Translations under genes and position numbers: made by a program
Notes under the pieces: generated by a model
What the model saw: the letters and a program-made list of their open reading frames with translations, nothing else
Database searches by the model: none
Told to the model about the DNA's origin: nothing
In this document: in pieces, positions 48,891 through 58,987 of the stretch
Layout of the letters: every line of letters begins with the position of its first letter
Numbering within the stretch: position 1 is the stretch's first letter
NCBI GenBank assembly: GCA_963721555.1
Contig: CAVRJU010000005.1
Location: 119,222 to 183,221 of the forward strand
Source of the DNA: an uncultured Actinomycetota bacterium
GTDB taxonomy: Bacteria; Actinomycetota; Actinomycetes; Propionibacteriales; Nocardioidaceae
Direction: 5' to 3'
Length of the DNA stretch: 64,000 nucleotides

Positions 48891-50387
48891 TCAGGCGGGC
48901 TGCGGGGTCTTGTCGCGCGGTCCGCCCCCCGTGCCTCCTGTGGTGTCGTCCTCGGCGGTGAGCGGCTGGGCGATGGACTCCAGCGACTTGCGCTCGGCCT
49001 TCACCCCGAGGAACGCCGCCACGATGCCCCCGGCGATCATCAGCGCGGCGCCGATGTAGTAGCCCAGGGCGATGGCGGAGATGCCCTCGCCGCCCGTGGT
49101 CGCGTCGTCGATGAGCTTGCCGAACAGCAGGGGCCCGGCGATGCCTCCGGCAGCGGTGCCGACCGCGTAGAAGAAGGCGATGCAGAGCGCCCGCGTCTCC
49201 ATGGGGAACACCTCGCTCGCCGTGAGGTACGCCGCGCTGGCGCCCGCGGAGGCGAAGAAGAAGATGATGCAGCCCATCAGGGTCAGGGTCGTCGCGGAGT
49301 AGGAGCCGAGCGTCAGCCCTGTGATGCCGAGCAGCACCCCTGAGGTCACGTACGTGCCGGTCAGCATCTTGACCCGACCGATCGTGTCGAACATCGGGCC
49401 GAGGACCGCGGCTCCGACGAAGTTGCTCACGGCGAAGACGGCGATGTACCAGCCCACCTGCTCGACGCCCAGGAAGGAGGTCAGGGTGTCGCCGTAGGTG
49501 AAGAAGAAGGCGTTGTACAAGAACGCCTGACCGATGAACAGCGACAGGCAGAGCACCGTGCGGCGGGGGTACAACGTGAACACGGTGCGGGCGATCTCGG
49601 TCAGCGGGATCGTCTTGCGCTGCCTGATGGTGATCGTCTCGGACGGCCTGTCCAGGTCCCGCCCCAGGTCCCGCTGCACCGCGTCCTCGATCTCGCGCAC
49701 GATCTGCTCGCCCTCGTCCTCCCGACCGTGGATGAACAGCCAGCGGGGGCTCTCGGGCACGTTGCGACGGACGATCAGGATGCCCACGGCCAGGATCGCG
49801 CCGAGGCCGAACGCCAGCCGCCACCCGATCTCCGGGTCGACGATGGTCGGGTCCAGCAAGGGGATCGTCAGCAGGGCACCGCCCGCGGCGCCGACCCAGA
49901 ACGACCCGTTGATCGCGACGTCCACGCGACCGCGGTACTGCGCCGGGATCAGCTCGTCGATCGCGGAGTTGATGGCGGCGTACTCGCCGCCGATGCCGGC
50001 GCCGGTGAGGAAGCGGCAGGCGAAGTACCAGGTCGGGTTCATGGAGAAGGCTGTCAGCACCGTGGCGACGGTGTAGACGCCCAGCGTGATGAGGAAGAGC
50101 TTCTTGCGACCGAACTTGTCAGTCAGCTGGCCGAAGAACAACGCACCGATGCAGGCGCCCGCGACGTAGACCGCACCCGCCAGCCCCACGTCGAAGCTGC
50201 TCAGCCCCAGCCCGGTGCCCTCCGGCTCCAGGGCCGCCGACATCGACCCGACGATGGTGACCTCGAGCCCGTCGAGGATCCACACCGTGCCGAGCCCGAT
50301 GACCACCAGCCAGTGCCACCGCGCCCACGGCAGCCGGTCCATCCGCGCCGGTATGTCGGTGGTGATCCGCCCTGTCTCCACACTCAT
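48891..50387 (-). CDS. MFS transporter (metabolite:H+ symporter-like)
   Basis: 12 TM helices. Motif GQLTDKFGRKK between TM2 and TM3. RFLTGAGIGGEYA. Confidence 0.85.
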   Translation of the reverse strand: MSVETGRITTDIPARMDRLPWARWHWLVVIGLGTVWILDGLEVTIVGSMSAALEPEGTGLGLSSFDVGLAGAVYVAGACIGALFFGQLTDKFGRKKLFLITLGVYTVATVLTAFSMNPTWYFACRFLTGAGIGGEYAAINSAIDELIPAQYRGRVDVAINGSFWVGAAGGALLTIPLLDPTIVDPEIGWRLAFGLGAILAVGILIVRRNVPESPRWLFIHGREDEGEQIVREIEDAVQRDLGRDLDRPSETITIRQRKTIPLTEIARTVFTLYPRRTVLCLSLFIGQAFLYNAFFFTYGDTLTSFLGVEQVGWYIAVFAVSNFVGAAVLGPMFDTIGRVKMLTGTYVTSGVLLGITGLTLGSYSATTLTLMGCIIFFFASAGASAAYLTASEVFPMETRALCIAFFYAVGTAAGGIAGPLLFGKLIDDATTGGEGISAIALGYYIGAALMIAGGIVAAFLGVKAERKSLESIAQPLTAEDDTTGGTGGGPRDKTPQPA

Positions 50388-50473
50388 GAGGCCGCCCTCC
50401 GCTCCGGCTTCGCGCGCTGAGCCGAGTGCAGGGCGGGCGAGGTGCCGGAGACTTCAGGCGCGAGTGTCCCCGG

Positions 50474-52291
50474 TCACACCGCGGAGTAATCCCGGAAACC
50501 CCTTTTTGTCTTCCGCCCGAGATAACCGGCGGCGACGAGGTGCTCGAGCAGCGGAGCGGGGGCGAAGCCCGGCTCGCGGAACTCCAGGTAGAGCTCGCGC
50601 TGGATGGCCAGCGACACGTCGTTGCCGACGACGTCGAGGAGCGCGAACGGGCCCATCGGCAGCGCACAGCCGTACTTCATGGCGGTGTCGATGTCGTCGG
50701 CGGTGGCGTAGTGCGCCTCGAGCATCTTGATGGCGTCGTTCAGGTAGGGGAACAGCAGCGCGTTGACGATGAAGCCGGCGCGGTCGCCGCAGGAGACGGC
50801 GTGCTTGCCGACCTTCGTGCACAGCGCTCGGGTCGTCTCGGCGACGTCCTCGCTGGTGGCCACGGTGGAGACGACCTCGACGAGCTTCATGATCGGGGCC
50901 GGGTTGAAGAAGTGCATGCCCACGACGTCCTGCGGACGCGAGGTGACCGTGGCGAGGCTGATGATCGGCAGGCTCGAGGTGGTGGTGGCCAGGATCGCGC
51001 CCGGCTTGCAGATCTCGTCGAGGTTCTCGAACAGCACGGTCTTGACCTGGAGGTCCTCGGCGATGGCCTCGACCACGATGTCGACCCGGGCCAGGTCGTC
51101 GAGCGAGGTGGCCCCGGTCAGCCGCCCGAGCACGGCGTCCTTGGCCGACTCGTCGAGCTTGCCGCGCTGGATCGCCTTGTCGAGCGAGCGCTCGATGGTG
51201 GCACGGACACCGTCGACCTTGGCCTGGGACCGGCCGACGTAGACGACGTCGTACCCGGCCTTGGCGAAGACCTCCACGATGCCGCTCGCCATGGTGCCGG
51301 TGCCGACGACGCCGACGGTGGCGACGTCGTGGCGCAGCTGCGGCGCCTCGTCGGCCGACGGGGTGCGCTCGTCGGGCACGACGGCCGAGGAGTCCACGCC
51401 GTCGTAGGTGTAGAAGCCTCGACCGGTCTTGCGGCCGAGCAGGCCGGCGGTGACCATCTGCTTGAGGATCGGGGCCGGCGCGTGAAGCCGGTCGCGGCCC
51501 TGCTTGTACATCGTGTCGAGGATCTCGTAGGCCGTGTCGAGACCGATCAGGTCCAGCAGGGCCAGCGGACCCATGGGGTAGCCGCAGCCGAAACGCATCG
51601 CGGCGTCGATGTCCTCACGCGAGGCGTAGCGGCCCTCGTACATCGACACCGCGTGGTTGAGGTAGCCGAACAGCAGCGCGTTCGCGATGAAGCCCGCCTT
51701 GTCGCCGCAGACGACCGGGGTCTTCTCGAGCGACTCCACCAGGGCGGAGACGTCGGCGAGCACGTCGGGCTGGGTCACGACGGTGCGGACGACCTCGACC
51801 AGCTTCTGGACCGGGGCGGGGTTGAAGAAGTGGACGCCGACGACGCGCCCGGGCCGGGCGGTGGCGGTCGAGATCTCGGTGACCGAGAGCGAGGAGGTGT
51901 TGGTGGCGATGATGGCGTCGGCGTCGAGGATGCCGTCGAGGGTGGAGATCACACTGCGCTTGACGGCCAGCTGCTCGACGACGGCCTCGACGACGAACTG
52001 GCAGCCGGCGAGCGCCTGCAGCTCGGTGCTGAAGGTGATGCGGTCGACGAGCTCGCTCTGCTCGGCCTCGGTCAGCTTGCCGCGGGTCACGGCGCGCGCC
52101 GTGGAGTTGGTGACGTGCTGCCGACCGCGCTCCAGGGTCTCGTCGTCCACCTCGACGCCGACGACCTCGTAGCCGTGGCGGGCGAAGACCTCCGCGATCC
52201 CGGCGCCCATCGTGCCGAGACCGACCACGCCGACGGTGGTGAACTCGCGTGACGGGGTGGTGCTGACCGGGGCGACGGCTTCTGCAGACAT
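50474..52291 (-). CDS. 3-hydroxyacyl-CoA (3-hydroxybutyryl-CoA) dehydrogenase, tandem-duplicated (two complete HAD modules)
   Basis: Two Rossmann starts ([14 protein letters not shown] and [14 protein letters not shown]). Each is followed by HFFNPAP and a C-terminal 3HCDH domain (..[11 protein letters not shown] / ..[11 protein letters not shown]). Confidence 0.85.
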   Translation of the reverse strand: MSAEAVAPVSTTPSREFTTVGVVGLGTMGAGIAEVFARHGYEVVGVEVDDETLERGRQHVTNSTARAVTRGKLTEAEQSELVDRITFSTELQALAGCQFVVEAVVEQLAVKRSVISTLDGILDADAIIATNTSSLSVTEISTATARPGRVVGVHFFNPAPVQKLVEVVRTVVTQPDVLADVSALVESLEKTPVVCGDKAGFIANALLFGYLNHAVSMYEGRYASREDIDAAMRFGCGYPMGPLALLDLIGLDTAYEILDTMYKQGRDRLHAPAPILKQMVTAGLLGRKTGRGFYTYDGVDSSAVVPDERTPSADEAPQLRHDVATVGVVGTGTMASGIVEVFAKAGYDVVYVGRSQAKVDGVRATIERSLDKAIQRGKLDESAKDAVLGRLTGATSLDDLARVDIVVEAIAEDLQVKTVLFENLDEICKPGAILATTTSSLPIISLATVTSRPQDVVGMHFFNPAPIMKLVEVVSTVATSEDVAETTRALCTKVGKHAVSCGDRAGFIVNALLFPYLNDAIKMLEAHYATADDIDTAMKYGCALPMGPFALLDVVGNDVSLAIQRELYLEFREPGFAPAPLLEHLVAAGYLGRKTKRGFRDYSAV

Positions 52292-52409
52292 GGGCGCATC
52301 CTGCCACTCCGAGGGGGCTCCCGAGCCGCCCCGTGAGGTACTTCACTGGCCGGTAACTTGCGGGTCCCCGGCCGGGACGCCGGCGTGGCGCCGGGTAGAT
52401 TGCCGCCTC

Positions 52410-53096
52410 GTGAGACTCGTCGTCGCTCGGTGCCAGGTGGACTACGCGGGACGCCTGTCGGCGCACCTGCCGATGGCGACGCGGCTGATCATGGTCAAGA
52501 ACGACGGGTCGGTGCTCGTCCACAGCGACGGCGGCTCCTACAAGCCGCTCAACTGGATGTCACCGCCGGCCACCCTGCGCGAGGGCACGACCGACGACGG
52601 CCAGGTCGAGTGGACGGTCACCTCCCCCAAGGCCGACGACACGCTGCGGATCCTCATCGAGGAGGTCCTCAGCGACACCCGCCACGACCTCGGCATCGAT
52701 CCCGGGCTGCAGAAGGACGGCGTCGAGAAGCACCTCCAGGCGCTGCTGGCCGAGCACCCCGCGACGCTGTCCGACGGTCTCACGCTGGTACGCCGTGAGT
52801 TCCCCACGGCCATCGGGCCCGTCGATCTCATGTGCCGCGACGGCGAGGGACTGTCCGTCGCGGTGGAGATCAAGCGCCGCGGCGACATCGACGGCGTGGA
52901 GCAGCTGACGCGCTACCTCGAGCTGCTCAACCGCGACCCGTTGCTGACGGTCAACGGCTCGGTCCGCGGTGTCTTCGCGGCGCAGGCCATCAAGCCGCAG
53001 GCCCGCGTCCTGGCCGAGGACCGCGGCATCGCCTGCGTCGTCGTCGACTACGACGCCCTCCGCGGCATCGACGACCCGACCCACCGCCTCTTCTAG
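52410..53096 (+). CDS. nucS: endonuclease NucS (EndoMS, mismatch-specific)
   Basis: [17 protein letters not shown]-terminus, PD-(D/E)xK region [23 protein letters not shown], and a C-terminal clamp-binding-like tail. GTG start. Confidence 0.9.
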   Translation: MRLVVARCQVDYAGRLSAHLPMATRLIMVKNDGSVLVHSDGGSYKPLNWMSPPATLREGTTDDGQVEWTVTSPKADDTLRILIEEVLSDTRHDLGIDPGLQKDGVEKHLQALLAEHPATLSDGLTLVRREFPTAIGPVDLMCRDGEGLSVAVEIKRRGDIDGVEQLTRYLELLNRDPLLTVNGSVRGVFAAQAIKPQARVLAEDRGIACVVVDYDALRGIDDPTHRLF

Positions 53097-53141
53097 CCGG
53101 CCGTCGGGCATCCGCTCAGCCGGCCCGGTCGGTCCCGCCGG

Positions 53142-53738
53142 TCAGGCGTCGGCGAGCGAGTAGTGACGGGCCTCCTGGCCCTGGGCCCAGGCCAGACCGG
53201 CGGTGCCGAGACCGATGAGGGCGGCACCGGCGGCGCCGTACGGCGGGAAGATGTGGTCCTCCGCGATCCACCAGGCGCCGAGCAGGACCATCGCGGTCCC
53301 GGGCAGGGCGACCCAGCCGGTCCGCCGGGCCACCTCGATCGAGGCGGCGCCGACCGCCACGAGCAGGCCCCACTCCCCCACGTCCCCGACCCGGCCACCG
53401 ATCTGGAAGATGTAGTCGACCTCGTCCGGACGCAGCTGGCCGGGCCCGAGCCGGTAGGTGACCCACCCGGCCGTCAGCCCGCTGATGACGTCGAGCGCGG
53501 TGTAGCAGATCGCGTAGACGAAGGCCCCGGCGTGCAGCACCAGCGCCAGCGGGTCGCGGCGGCCCCACACCAGCACCGACAGCGCGACGCCCACCAGCGG
53601 GAAGACGAACATGCCCGCGAGGTGCATCTGCCACCAGTGGTGGGAGGTCGGGTAGCTCAGCGACCCGGGGTGGGTGGCGCCGACGATCCCCAGCGCGAGG
53701 CCGGGCAGAGCGAGCAGGAGCAGGCGACGGACGTCCAT
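53142..53738 (-). CDS. integral membrane protein, unknown function
   Basis: Six hydrophobic helices, high GC3. Lies 9 nt downstream of the DAAO-like gene. Confidence 0.55.
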   Translation of the reverse strand: MDVRRLLLLALPGLALGIVGATHPGSLSYPTSHHWWQMHLAGMFVFPLVGVALSVLVWGRRDPLALVLHAGAFVYAICYTALDVISGLTAGWVTYRLGPGQLRPDEVDYIFQIGGRVGDVGEWGLLVAVGAASIEVARRTGWVALPGTAMVLLGAWWIAEDHIFPPYGAAGAALIGLGTAGLAWAQGQEARHYSLADA

Positions 53739-53747
53739 GCGGCGAAC

Positions 53748-54692
53748 CTACCGACCGGTCCGCACCGGGTCAGCGAGCCCGACCAGGGACGTCACCTCAG
53801 CGGCGCAGCCCCACGAGAGCGTGACGCCTGCCCCGCCGTGTCCGTAGCAGTGGATCACGCGGTTGCCGCGCACCCCGGTGCGCTCCTCCAGACGGACCCC
53901 TGAGCGCGCCGGTCGCAGCCCCACCCGGTGACCCAGCACCCGTGCGCGCTTCAGCTGCGGCACCAGCGCCGTGGCGCGTGCGAGGACCTCGCGGGCGACG
54001 TCCTCGTCCGGCCGGCGGTCCCAGGCCCCCTCCTGGTCGGTGCCGCCGACGACGATGTCGCGGCTGCGCGGCACGACGTACGTCGGACCCGCGCTGTCGA
54101 GCCACCACTCCTCGAGGCCCACCTGCTCCACGACCACGACCTGGCCGCGGACCGGCACGACCGAGTCGTCGGACCCGAGCAGCCGGGCGCCGAGCCCGCT
54201 GGCGTTGACGACGACCTCGACCTGGTCGGGCAGGCCTGCGAGGGCCATCCGGGTCACCGTGCCGCCGAGGTCCTCGACCCGGGCACGCAGCCAGCCGAGG
54301 TAGACCGGCATCTCGGCCACCGGCACCTGGGCCGACCACCCGGCGGCGTACCCCGCCGGCAGGTCGGTGGCCGCCTCGACCGACGGCAGCGCCGTCGCCC
54401 ACCACGGCCGCGCCTCCGCCGTGCGGAGCACCTGGGTGCCGCGTCGCAGCGTGACGCCCGTGGACTCGTCGTCGGCCAGCGCGACGAGGTCGGCGTACGT
54501 CGTGGCGGCCCAGCCGAGGACGCGCTCGACGGGGTAGGCGCGGTAGGGGTACCAGAGCGCCGCGGCCACCGCGGAGGTCGTCTCCAGCGGCAGGTCCCGG
54601 GCGAGCACCGCCACGTCGTGCCCGGCCTCGAGCAGACGGACGGCGCACGAGAGCCCGACCACACCGGCACCGACGACGGTCACACGACTCAT
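53748..54692 (-). CDS. FAD-dependent oxidoreductase, D-amino-acid-oxidase-like
   Basis: VTVVGAGVVGLSCA dinucleotide fold, ..AAALWYPY.., and C-terminal HCYGHGGAGVTLSWGCA typical of the DAAO family. Confidence 0.8.
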   Translation of the reverse strand: MSRVTVVGAGVVGLSCAVRLLEAGHDVAVLARDLPLETTSAVAAALWYPYRAYPVERVLGWAATTYADLVALADDESTGVTLRRGTQVLRTAEARPWWATALPSVEAATDLPAGYAAGWSAQVPVAEMPVYLGWLRARVEDLGGTVTRMALAGLPDQVEVVVNASGLGARLLGSDDSVVPVRGQVVVVEQVGLEEWWLDSAGPTYVVPRSRDIVVGGTDQEGAWDRRPDEDVAREVLARATALVPQLKRARVLGHRVGLRPARSGVRLEERTGVRGNRVIHCYGHGGAGVTLSWGCAAEVTSLVGLADPVRTGR

Positions 54693-54781
54693 GCGCCTCA
54701 GTCTTCACCGCCGGGGCCCCGCGCGGGCCGCGAACCCCGACCTTTCTCGGCGAACGCGTCGCGACCGAGCTGCCAAGAAGC

Positions 54782-56863
54782 TCAGGACAGGCCGCGGGCC
54801 CTGCGGATCTCGGCGACGATGCCGGCCATGATCTCGGTGAGCCCGAAGTCCTTCGGCGTGAAGACCGCGGCGACGCCCATCTCCTTGAGCCGGGCGGCGT
54901 CGGAGGTCGGGATGATGCCGCCGAGCACGACCGGCACGTCGTCGAGCCCCTCGGCCCGGAGCCCGTCGAGCACCGCCGGCACGAGCTCCATGTGGGAGCC
55001 GGAGAGGATGGAGAGGCCGACGCAGTGGACGTCCTCGGCAACCGCGGCCGCGACGATCTCGGCCGGGGTCAGCCGGATGCCCTGGTAGACCACCTCGAAG
55101 CCGGCGTCACGAGCACGCACCGCCACCTGCTCGGCGCCGTTCGAGTGTCCGTCGAGCCCGGGCTTGCCGACCAGGAGCCGCAGCCGACCGCCCAGCTCCT
55201 CGCCCGTGGCCCGAACCGTCTCGCGGACCGCCGTCAGCTCCTCGCCGGGCTCCGCCACGCCGACGGCGCCGGAGACGCCCGTGGGTGCGCGGTACTCCCC
55301 GAAGACCTCGCGCAACGTGCCGGCCCACTCGCCGGTCGTCACCCCGGCGCGGGCCGCGGCCAGGGTGGCGTCCATGAGGTTCACCCCGGACTTGGCGTCG
55401 GCGGCCAGCCGGGCGAGCGACTCGGCCACGGCGTCGTCGTCGCGCTCGGTGCGCCAGCGCTCCAGCCCCTCGAGCGCGGCCTGCTCGGCGGCGGGGTCCG
55501 CGACCTGGATGGCGGTGTCGAGGTCCGCGGTCAGCGGGGACTCCTCGGTGGTCTCGAACCTGTTCACGCCGACCACGACCTCGTCGCCGGACTCGATGCG
55601 ACCCCGACGAGCGGCGTGGGAGGACACCAGCGCCTGCTTCATGTAGCCGGTCTCGACGGCCGCGACAGCGCCGCCCATCGCCTGCACCCGGTCGATCTCG
55701 GCGCGGGCGCTGGCGACGAGGTCGGCGACCTTGGCCTCGACCACGTGCGAGCCGTCGAAGAGGTCGGCGTGCTCGAGCAGGTCCGACTCGAAGGCCAGCA
55801 CCTGCTGCAGCCGCAGCGACCACTGCTGGTCCCAGGGCCGTGGCAGACCGAGGGCCTCGTTCCACGCCGGCAGCTGGACGGCGCGGGCGCGGGCGTTCTT
55901 CGACAGCGTGACGCCGAGCATCTCCAGGACGATCCGCTGCACGTTGTTCTCGGGCTGGGCCTCGGTCAGGCCGAGGGAGTTGACCTGCACGCCGTACCGG
56001 AAGCGACGCATCTTCTCGTCGGTGACGCCGTAGCGCTCACGGGTGATCTCGTCCCACAGCTCGACGAAGGCGCGCATCTTGCACATCTCCTCGACGAACC
56101 GCACCCCGGCGTTGACGAAGAACGACATCCGGCCCACGACCTTGGCCATGTCGTCGGCCTCGACCTGGCCCGAGTCGCGCACCGAGTCGAGCACCGCGAT
56201 GGCCGTGCACAGGGCGAAGGCCAGCTCCTGGGTGGGCGTCGCCCCGGCCTCCTGCAGGTGGTAGCTGCAGATGTTGATCGGGTTCCACTTCGGGATGTGG
56301 TTGACGGTGTAGGCGATGGTGTCGGTGGTCAGCCGCAGCGAGTGCTCGGGCGGGAACACGTAGGTGCCCCGCGAGAGGTACTCCTTGATGATGTCGTTCT
56401 GCGTCGTGCCGGCCAGCTGGGCGTGGACCTCGCGCGGGTCCACGTCGGGGTTCTGCTCCTCGGCGACCACCTGGTAGAGCGCCAGCAGCCACATCGCGGT
56501 GGCGTTGATCGTCATCGAGGTGTTCATGCCGGTCAGGGGGATGTCGGCGAACAGCTGCCGCATGTCGCCCAGGTGCGGGACGGGGACGCCGACCTTGCCG
56601 ACCTCCCCCTTGGCCAGGACCGAGTCGGGGTCGTAGCCGGTCTGCGTCGGGAGGTCGAACGCGACCGACAGACCGGTCTGGCCCTTGGCCAGGTTGCGGC
56701 GGTAGAGGGCGTTGGACTCCGACGCCGAGCTGTGCCCGGCGTAGGTCCGCATCACCCAGGGACGGTCGCGCTCCGGGCGCGCCTCGCCGGAGCCCGGGGC
56801 GGTCTCCGCGGCGGTCTCGGTGGCGGGTGCGGCCGGCGGCGCCTGATCCTGCTGCTGGGTCAT
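54782..56863 (-). CDS. ecm: B12-dependent acyl-CoA mutase of the MeaA/ethylmalonyl-CoA mutase type (single chain with C-terminal B12 domain)
   Basis: RPWVMRTYAGHSSASESNALYRRNLAKGQTGLSVAFDLPTQTGYD. C-terminal DxHxxG (GLDGHSNG) B12-binding domain. 693 aa with no G-protein domain, so not IcmF. ccr lies in the same neighbourhood. Confidence 0.8.
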   Translation of the reverse strand: MTQQQDQAPPAAPATETAAETAPGSGEARPERDRPWVMRTYAGHSSASESNALYRRNLAKGQTGLSVAFDLPTQTGYDPDSVLAKGEVGKVGVPVPHLGDMRQLFADIPLTGMNTSMTINATAMWLLALYQVVAEEQNPDVDPREVHAQLAGTTQNDIIKEYLSRGTYVFPPEHSLRLTTDTIAYTVNHIPKWNPINICSYHLQEAGATPTQELAFALCTAIAVLDSVRDSGQVEADDMAKVVGRMSFFVNAGVRFVEEMCKMRAFVELWDEITRERYGVTDEKMRRFRYGVQVNSLGLTEAQPENNVQRIVLEMLGVTLSKNARARAVQLPAWNEALGLPRPWDQQWSLRLQQVLAFESDLLEHADLFDGSHVVEAKVADLVASARAEIDRVQAMGGAVAAVETGYMKQALVSSHAARRGRIESGDEVVVGVNRFETTEESPLTADLDTAIQVADPAAEQAALEGLERWRTERDDDAVAESLARLAADAKSGVNLMDATLAAARAGVTTGEWAGTLREVFGEYRAPTGVSGAVGVAEPGEELTAVRETVRATGEELGGRLRLLVGKPGLDGHSNGAEQVAVRARDAGFEVVYQGIRLTPAEIVAAAVAEDVHCVGLSILSGSHMELVPAVLDGLRAEGLDDVPVVLGGIIPTSDAARLKEMGVAAVFTPKDFGLTEIMAGIVAEIRRARGLS

Positions 56864-56964
56864 AGCGGCACCCTAGTGCCGGGTTACGCCGCGGTAACCG
56901 CGTTGTGAGGTGATCCACTGGGGCTCATCTCACACCACGAGGCCCACCTCGGGATCACCCAGGA

Positions 56965-57273
56965 TCACTCCGGGGCAGCGCGCTCGAGCCGGAAGAGCCG
57001 GCGCCAGCCGCAGGAGGCGACCACGCGGCGCAGTGCGGGTGAGCAGCCGACGAGGACGACCTGGCCTCCGGCACGGCGCACCTTGAGCGCGGCGGCAGCC
57101 AGCAGGTTGAGCGCCGTGACGTCGATCGACTCGACGTGCGTCACGTCGACGCGCACGTCCTCGTCCCGGTGACGCTCGATGTGGTCGTAGAGCGCCTCGC
57201 GCACCTGCGCCGAGCTGCGTCCGTCCAGGCGCCCCGTCAGCTCGATCGCCCCGTCGTTGTCCACGAGTCCCAT
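56965..57273 (-). CDS. STAS-domain protein (anti-sigma-factor antagonist-like)
   Basis: 102 aa: ..IELTGRLDGRSSAQVREAL.. ..VDVTHVESIDVTALNLLAAA.. The upstream part of the listed 327-aa ORF is Arg/Pro-rich junk. Confidence 0.65.
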   Translation of the reverse strand: MGLVDNDGAIELTGRLDGRSSAQVREALYDHIERHRDEDVRVDVTHVESIDVTALNLLAAAALKVRRAGGQVVLVGCSPALRRVVASCGWRRLFRLERAAPE

Positions 57274-57402
57274 GTGTCCCGTCCCTGCGGTCCGTCCACG
57301 CCGCCGCCAGCGTGGCTCACCCACTATGACGCACGCCACGTCGAAAACGTTGCACGCCGTCGTGGACGTTTTGCCGTCGTGACCCTCGGGTAGGACCAGG
57401 AC

Positions 57403-57684
57403 ATGACCGAGTCGAACACACATTCGAAGCCCCAGTCCACCGACCCCACCGGCCCGTCCGCCGAGGACCAGGACGTCATCGGCGCCGGCGCGACTGCTCC
57501 CGGCACCACCGAGAAGGACCCGGAGAGCTGGGTCACCGGCGACGAGCCGATGACCGGCGCCCAGCGCAGCTATCTCGACACCCTGGCGCGCGAGGCCGGC
57601 GAGACCCTGCAGGGCGACCTGACCAAGGCCGAGGCGTCCGAGCACATCGACCGCCTGCAGGGGGCCACCGGCCGCGGCGCCTGA
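57403..57684 (+). CDS. DUF3072-like small protein
   Basis: KDPESWVTGDEPMTGAQRSYLDTLAREAGE matches the conserved core I recall for DUF3072. 93 aa. Confidence 0.6.
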   Translation: MTESNTHSKPQSTDPTGPSAEDQDVIGAGATAPGTTEKDPESWVTGDEPMTGAQRSYLDTLAREAGETLQGDLTKAEASEHIDRLQGATGRGA

Positions 57685-57700
57685 GGACGACCGGCGCGGC

Positions 57701-58987
57701 TCAGCGGTCGTAGTCGGGCAGCTCCACCCGCTCGACGTCGACCCCCAGACGCCGCAGCGTCTCCACGAAGCCGGGGTAGCCCCGGTCGATGTGGAAGGAG
57801 TCGGCCACCGTCGTGCGTCCGCTCGCCGCCAGCCCGGCGAGCACCAGCGCGGCCCCGGCGCGGATGTCGTGGGCGACCACCTCCGCGCCCGACAGCAACG
57901 GGCGGCCCCGGACCACGGCGTGGTGGCCGTCCGTGCGCACGTCGGCACCGAGCCGAGCGAGCTCCTGGGCGAACATGAAGCGCGCCTCGAAGACGTTCTC
58001 GGTGATCATCGCGGTCCCGTCGCTGACGGCGGCGAGGGCCATCGCGAAGGGCTGCAGGTCGGTGGGGAACCCCGGGTAGGGCAGCGTGACGACGTCGAAG
58101 GCGTCGAGACGGCGCTCGACCGACACCACGAACCCGTCGGGGCGCACCTCGACCCCCGCCCCGGCGCTGACCAGCTTGTCCAGCACGATGTCGAGGTGTC
58201 CCGCGACGCCGCCCTCGACGACGAGCTCGCCGCCGGCCATCGCGGTGGCGAACGCCCAGGTGCCGGTGACGATGCGATCGGTGACGGTGGCGTGCGCGAC
58301 CGGATGGAGCCGGTCGACCCCGTCGACGACGAGGGTGGAGCTGCCGATGCCGTCGATGCGGGCCCCCATCTCGACCAGCATGGTGCACAGGTCGACGATC
58401 TCGGGCTCGCGGGCGACGTTGTCGACGACGGTCGTGCCGTGGGCGAGGGTCGCGGCCATGACGAGGTTCTCGGTGGCGCCGACGCTGGGGAAGTCCAGCC
58501 ACAGCGGCGTCCCGACGAGGCGGTCGGCGACCGACGCGACGACGTACCCGTGCTCGATGCCGACCTCCGCTCCCAGGTCGCCCAGGCCGCGCAGGTGCAT
58601 GTCCAGGCCGCGGGACCCGATGTTGTCGCCCCCGGGCAGCGAGACCTCGGCGCGCCCGCACCGCGCGAGCAGCGGCCCCAGCACACTGATGGAGGCACGC
58701 AGACGCCGCACGAGGTGGTACGGCGCGTGGTGACCCAGCGTCTCGGGCACGTCGATGTCGACCCGCTCGGCGTCGAGGTCCAGGCTCACCGTGCAGCCCA
58801 GCTCCTCCAGCAGCCGCGCCATCACGGCGACGTCGAGGATGTCCGGCAGGTTGGTGATGGTGGTGGTGCCGGGCGCGAGCAGCGCCGCCGCCATCAGCTT
58901 GAGCGCGCTGTTCTTCGCGCCGCCCACCCGCACGGTGCCGTGCAGAGGGGAGCGGTCCTCACCGCTGGTGACGACGAAGGCCTCCAT
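57701..58987 (-). CDS. murA: UDP-N-acetylglucosamine 1-carboxyvinyltransferase
   Basis: [64 protein letters not shown]. The internal ATG at 58987 is preceded by GAGGAG 8 nt upstream. 428 aa. Confidence 0.9.
   Translation of the reverse strand: MEAFVVTSGEDRSPLHGTVRVGGAKNSALKLMAAALLAPGTTTITNLPDILDVAVMARLLEELGCTVSLDLDAERVDIDVPETLGHHAPYHLVRRLRASISVLGPLLARCGRAEVSLPGGDNIGSRGLDMHLRGLGDLGAEVGIEHGYVVASVADRLVGTPLWLDFPSVGATENLVMAATLAHGTTVVDNVAREPEIVDLCTMLVEMGARIDGIGSSTLVVDGVDRLHPVAHATVTDRIVTGTWAFATAMAGGELVVEGGVAGHLDIVLDKLVSAGAGVEVRPDGFVVSVERRLDAFDVVTLPYPGFPTDLQPFAMALAAVSDGTAMITENVFEARFMFAQELARLGADVRTDGHHAVVRGRPLLSGAEVVAHDIRAGAALVLAGLAASGRTTVADSFHIDRGYPGFVETLRRLGVDVERVELPDYDR

Noticed and set aside
57685-57700. 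Looked for an rRNA operon downstream of murA (as I recall in M. tuberculosis), and for tRNA genes anywhere in the window.
   Set aside because: Only short spacers and protein genes follow murA. By eye I saw no T-loop-like GGTTCGA(A/G)TCC motif or rRNA-like segment. A dedicated scan (tRNAscan or Infernal) was not possible.
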